Source: an uncultured Gammaproteobacteria bacterium (GTDB taxonomy: Bacteria; Patescibacteriota; Patescibacteriia; UBA1558; 2-01-FULL-52-15). From it: a stretch of 55,641 nt of DNA. Below, in pieces: positions 54,297 to 55,641 of the stretch (position 1 is its first letter; the number at the start of each line of letters is the position of its first letter). Made by a program: the position numbers and the translations under genes. The notes beneath the pieces are model-generated. The model did no database searches. It saw only the letters and a program-made list of their open reading frames with translations, and was not told where the DNA came from. The stretch is from positions 1-55,641 of the forward strand of contig CAZASM010000004.1 of NCBI GenBank assembly GCA_964487895.1, given 5' to 3'.

Positions 54297-55641
54297 TTAC
54301 TGTATCGCTTCTCCGCGTGAGAAATATCCCAGATGATAACTATTGATAGTTAGTACTTGGTTGAAACTATAACCTAAACCAGTTAGAACATCGCCTGAAA
54401 TGAAAGGGTGTAAAATATCTCCCTCTAATTGATAGACTGTTGTGCTACCAGGTTCTTTCACCAGATCAGCAGTGAAATAAGCATTGAGATCTTCTTGATT
54501 GACGTAGACTACATCACTCCACTGATAGCCATAGGCGTGAAAAATTGCCTCACTTGGTAGGGGAATTTTTAATCGACGTAAGGTATCGACATAATAAACA
54601 GTTGGACTATTTGGTGTACGAATAAGAACTACCGCTGGATAAGTTTGTAGCTCTTGGTTACTGATAATTCTAATTTTTTTCCAATCATAACCATAGCTAA
54701 CAAAAGCTTCTGGTGACATGATAGCATGACGCGTTAATAAACGATTATTTTTTTGTTGTTGAATTTTGCATTGATCGGCTATTGGGGCGCAATTTTGAGC
54801 TTGGCCCATAGCTATCTTAGGGTCGTTAAATTTAAAGGAAATAGCAGCACCACCAGGACCACGGTCGGCGTAGTAGATATCTATTTTATGGACTCCTTGC
54901 GAAATAGTGATGGAGCCATTTTTTGTTTTGATACCGTGGGTGCCGCTATTATTGATAACTACCTTGTCGTCTATCAAAACCCAAGCATCATCATCTGATC
55001 CAATGGTGTAACTATATACCCCAGTGTTTGCAACGGTAATATGATTGGTCCAATGTACTCCAAAGAAGGAGTTGTGTGGATTGCCTTCTTTCGGCAAATC
55101 ATCAAGTGGATAGAAATTACTACTAAAAGCTATACTGTCATTTACACCCGAACGAACATAGTATTTTTGTGCGTACCAGTCATGAACAAAAGGTGAGTCA
55201 GTAGTTGGTTGTCCACCACGACCACTCATGTCGGGATGACTTTTGTAATAATCATAATAGTCAGCGCGCCAACTCGAACCACTGCTAACGAGACAGGCAG
55301 AATACGCCTCACAAGCTGAGCCTTGAGCAGTGTTAGAAACTAAAGCGTAGACTGTATTGGCATCAGCAGTTCTTACTAACGATAGAGCTGGTGTGTAGGC
55401 ACGACTTGGCCCTTGGGCAGGAGTAATAATTGTCTCAGAAGAAGTGAATTTTTTGGTTCTAAAGGTTAAGTTATCAATTTTTTTATTACCACCGAAGGGA
55501 TCTTTTGCCTCGACGCTTAAAATATAGGTACTGTCAGATTCTAAACCAGTAATTGTTAGGCGATGATTGTTTACTGAGAAGCCACTACTCTGCAACTTAC
55601 CTGATTTACCCCCGGTCTTACGATAGTTCAGCGTTACTTTA
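54297..55641 (-). CDS. Secreted PA14-domain protein with Fn3-like N-terminal region; 5'-partial (open to window edge)
   Basis: PA14 signature VANTGVYSYTIGSDDDAWVLIDDKVVINNSGTHG. The frame stays open upstream of 55595 to the end of the window. Confidence 0.6.
   Translation of the reverse strand, partial: KVTLNYRKTGGKSGKLQSSGFSVNNHRLTITGLESDSTYILSVEAKDPFGGNKKIDNLTFRTKKFTSSETIITPAQGPSRAYTPALSLVRTADANTVYALVSNTAQGSACEAYSACLVSSGSSWRADYYDYYKSHPDMSGRGGQPTTDSPFVHDWYAQKYYVRSGVNDSIAFSSNFYPLDDLPKEGNPHNSFFGVHWTNHITVANTGVYSYTIGSDDDAWVLIDDKVVINNSGTHGIKTKNGSITISQGVHKIDIYYADRGPGGAAISFKFNDPKIAMGQAQNCAPIADQCKIQQQKNNRLLTRHAIMSPEAFVSYGYDWKKIRIISNQELQTYPAVVLIRTPNSPTVYYVDTLRRLKIPLPSEAIFHAYGYQWSDVVYVNQEDLNAYFTADLVKEPGSTTVYQLEGDILHPFISGDVLTGLGYSFNQVLTINSYHLGYFSRGEAIQ

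Overview
The window reads as a low-GC (about 40% by eye), streamlined bacterial chromosome segment with a Patescibacteria/CPR-like gene repertoire (by eye). Recognisable genes and sites:
- a cNMP/GAF regulator next to pilT;
- a minus-strand module ferredoxin, NifS-like desulfurase, B12-dependent class II RNR nrdJ, and a CobA-type corrinoid adenosyltransferase, with a tandem NrdR operator over the nrdJ promoter;
- korAB 2-oxoacid:ferredoxin oxidoreductase;
- a pentose-phosphate operon trxB, rpiB-rpe fusion, split transketolase;
- secreted proteins with thrombospondin-type-3-like Ca repeats, Myxococcus-type Cys repeats, and a PA14/Fn3 protein at the 3' edge;
- a cluster of small membrane proteins with a tandem cytochrome-b5 protein;
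- three tRNAs (Val, Arg, His);
- a four-helix-bundle (23S-IVS family) protein;
- EamA and DoxX transporters, a BlaI/BlaR1-like pair, DsbA and CcdA;
- a complete Rrf2-sufCBD-NUDIX-sufS-sufU cluster, a tyrosine recombinase, and rpsO-NYN-pnp.

The main anomalies:
- Two short high-GC islands sit in this low-GC background, at about 9.7-11.2 kb and 34.3-39.3 kb. The second is a same-strand five-gene array (flotillin/SPFH, membrane protein, small acidic protein, NfeD-like protein, beta-rich secreted protein). Each gene in it is followed by a member of a structured intergenic repeat family whose hairpin keeps its shape through compensatory changes.
- A short GC-rich motif is shared, in inverted orientation, between the start of island 1 and the promoter side of the recombinase gene.
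- A methyltransferase gene is flanked by a 47-nt duplication of the sufU 3' end.
- A NYN nuclease gene is inserted between rpsO and pnp.
- A roughly 320-nt orphan transcription unit with a near-consensus promoter has no convincing ORF.

GC comparisons, domain calls and motif matches were all made by eye, without alignment or folding tools.
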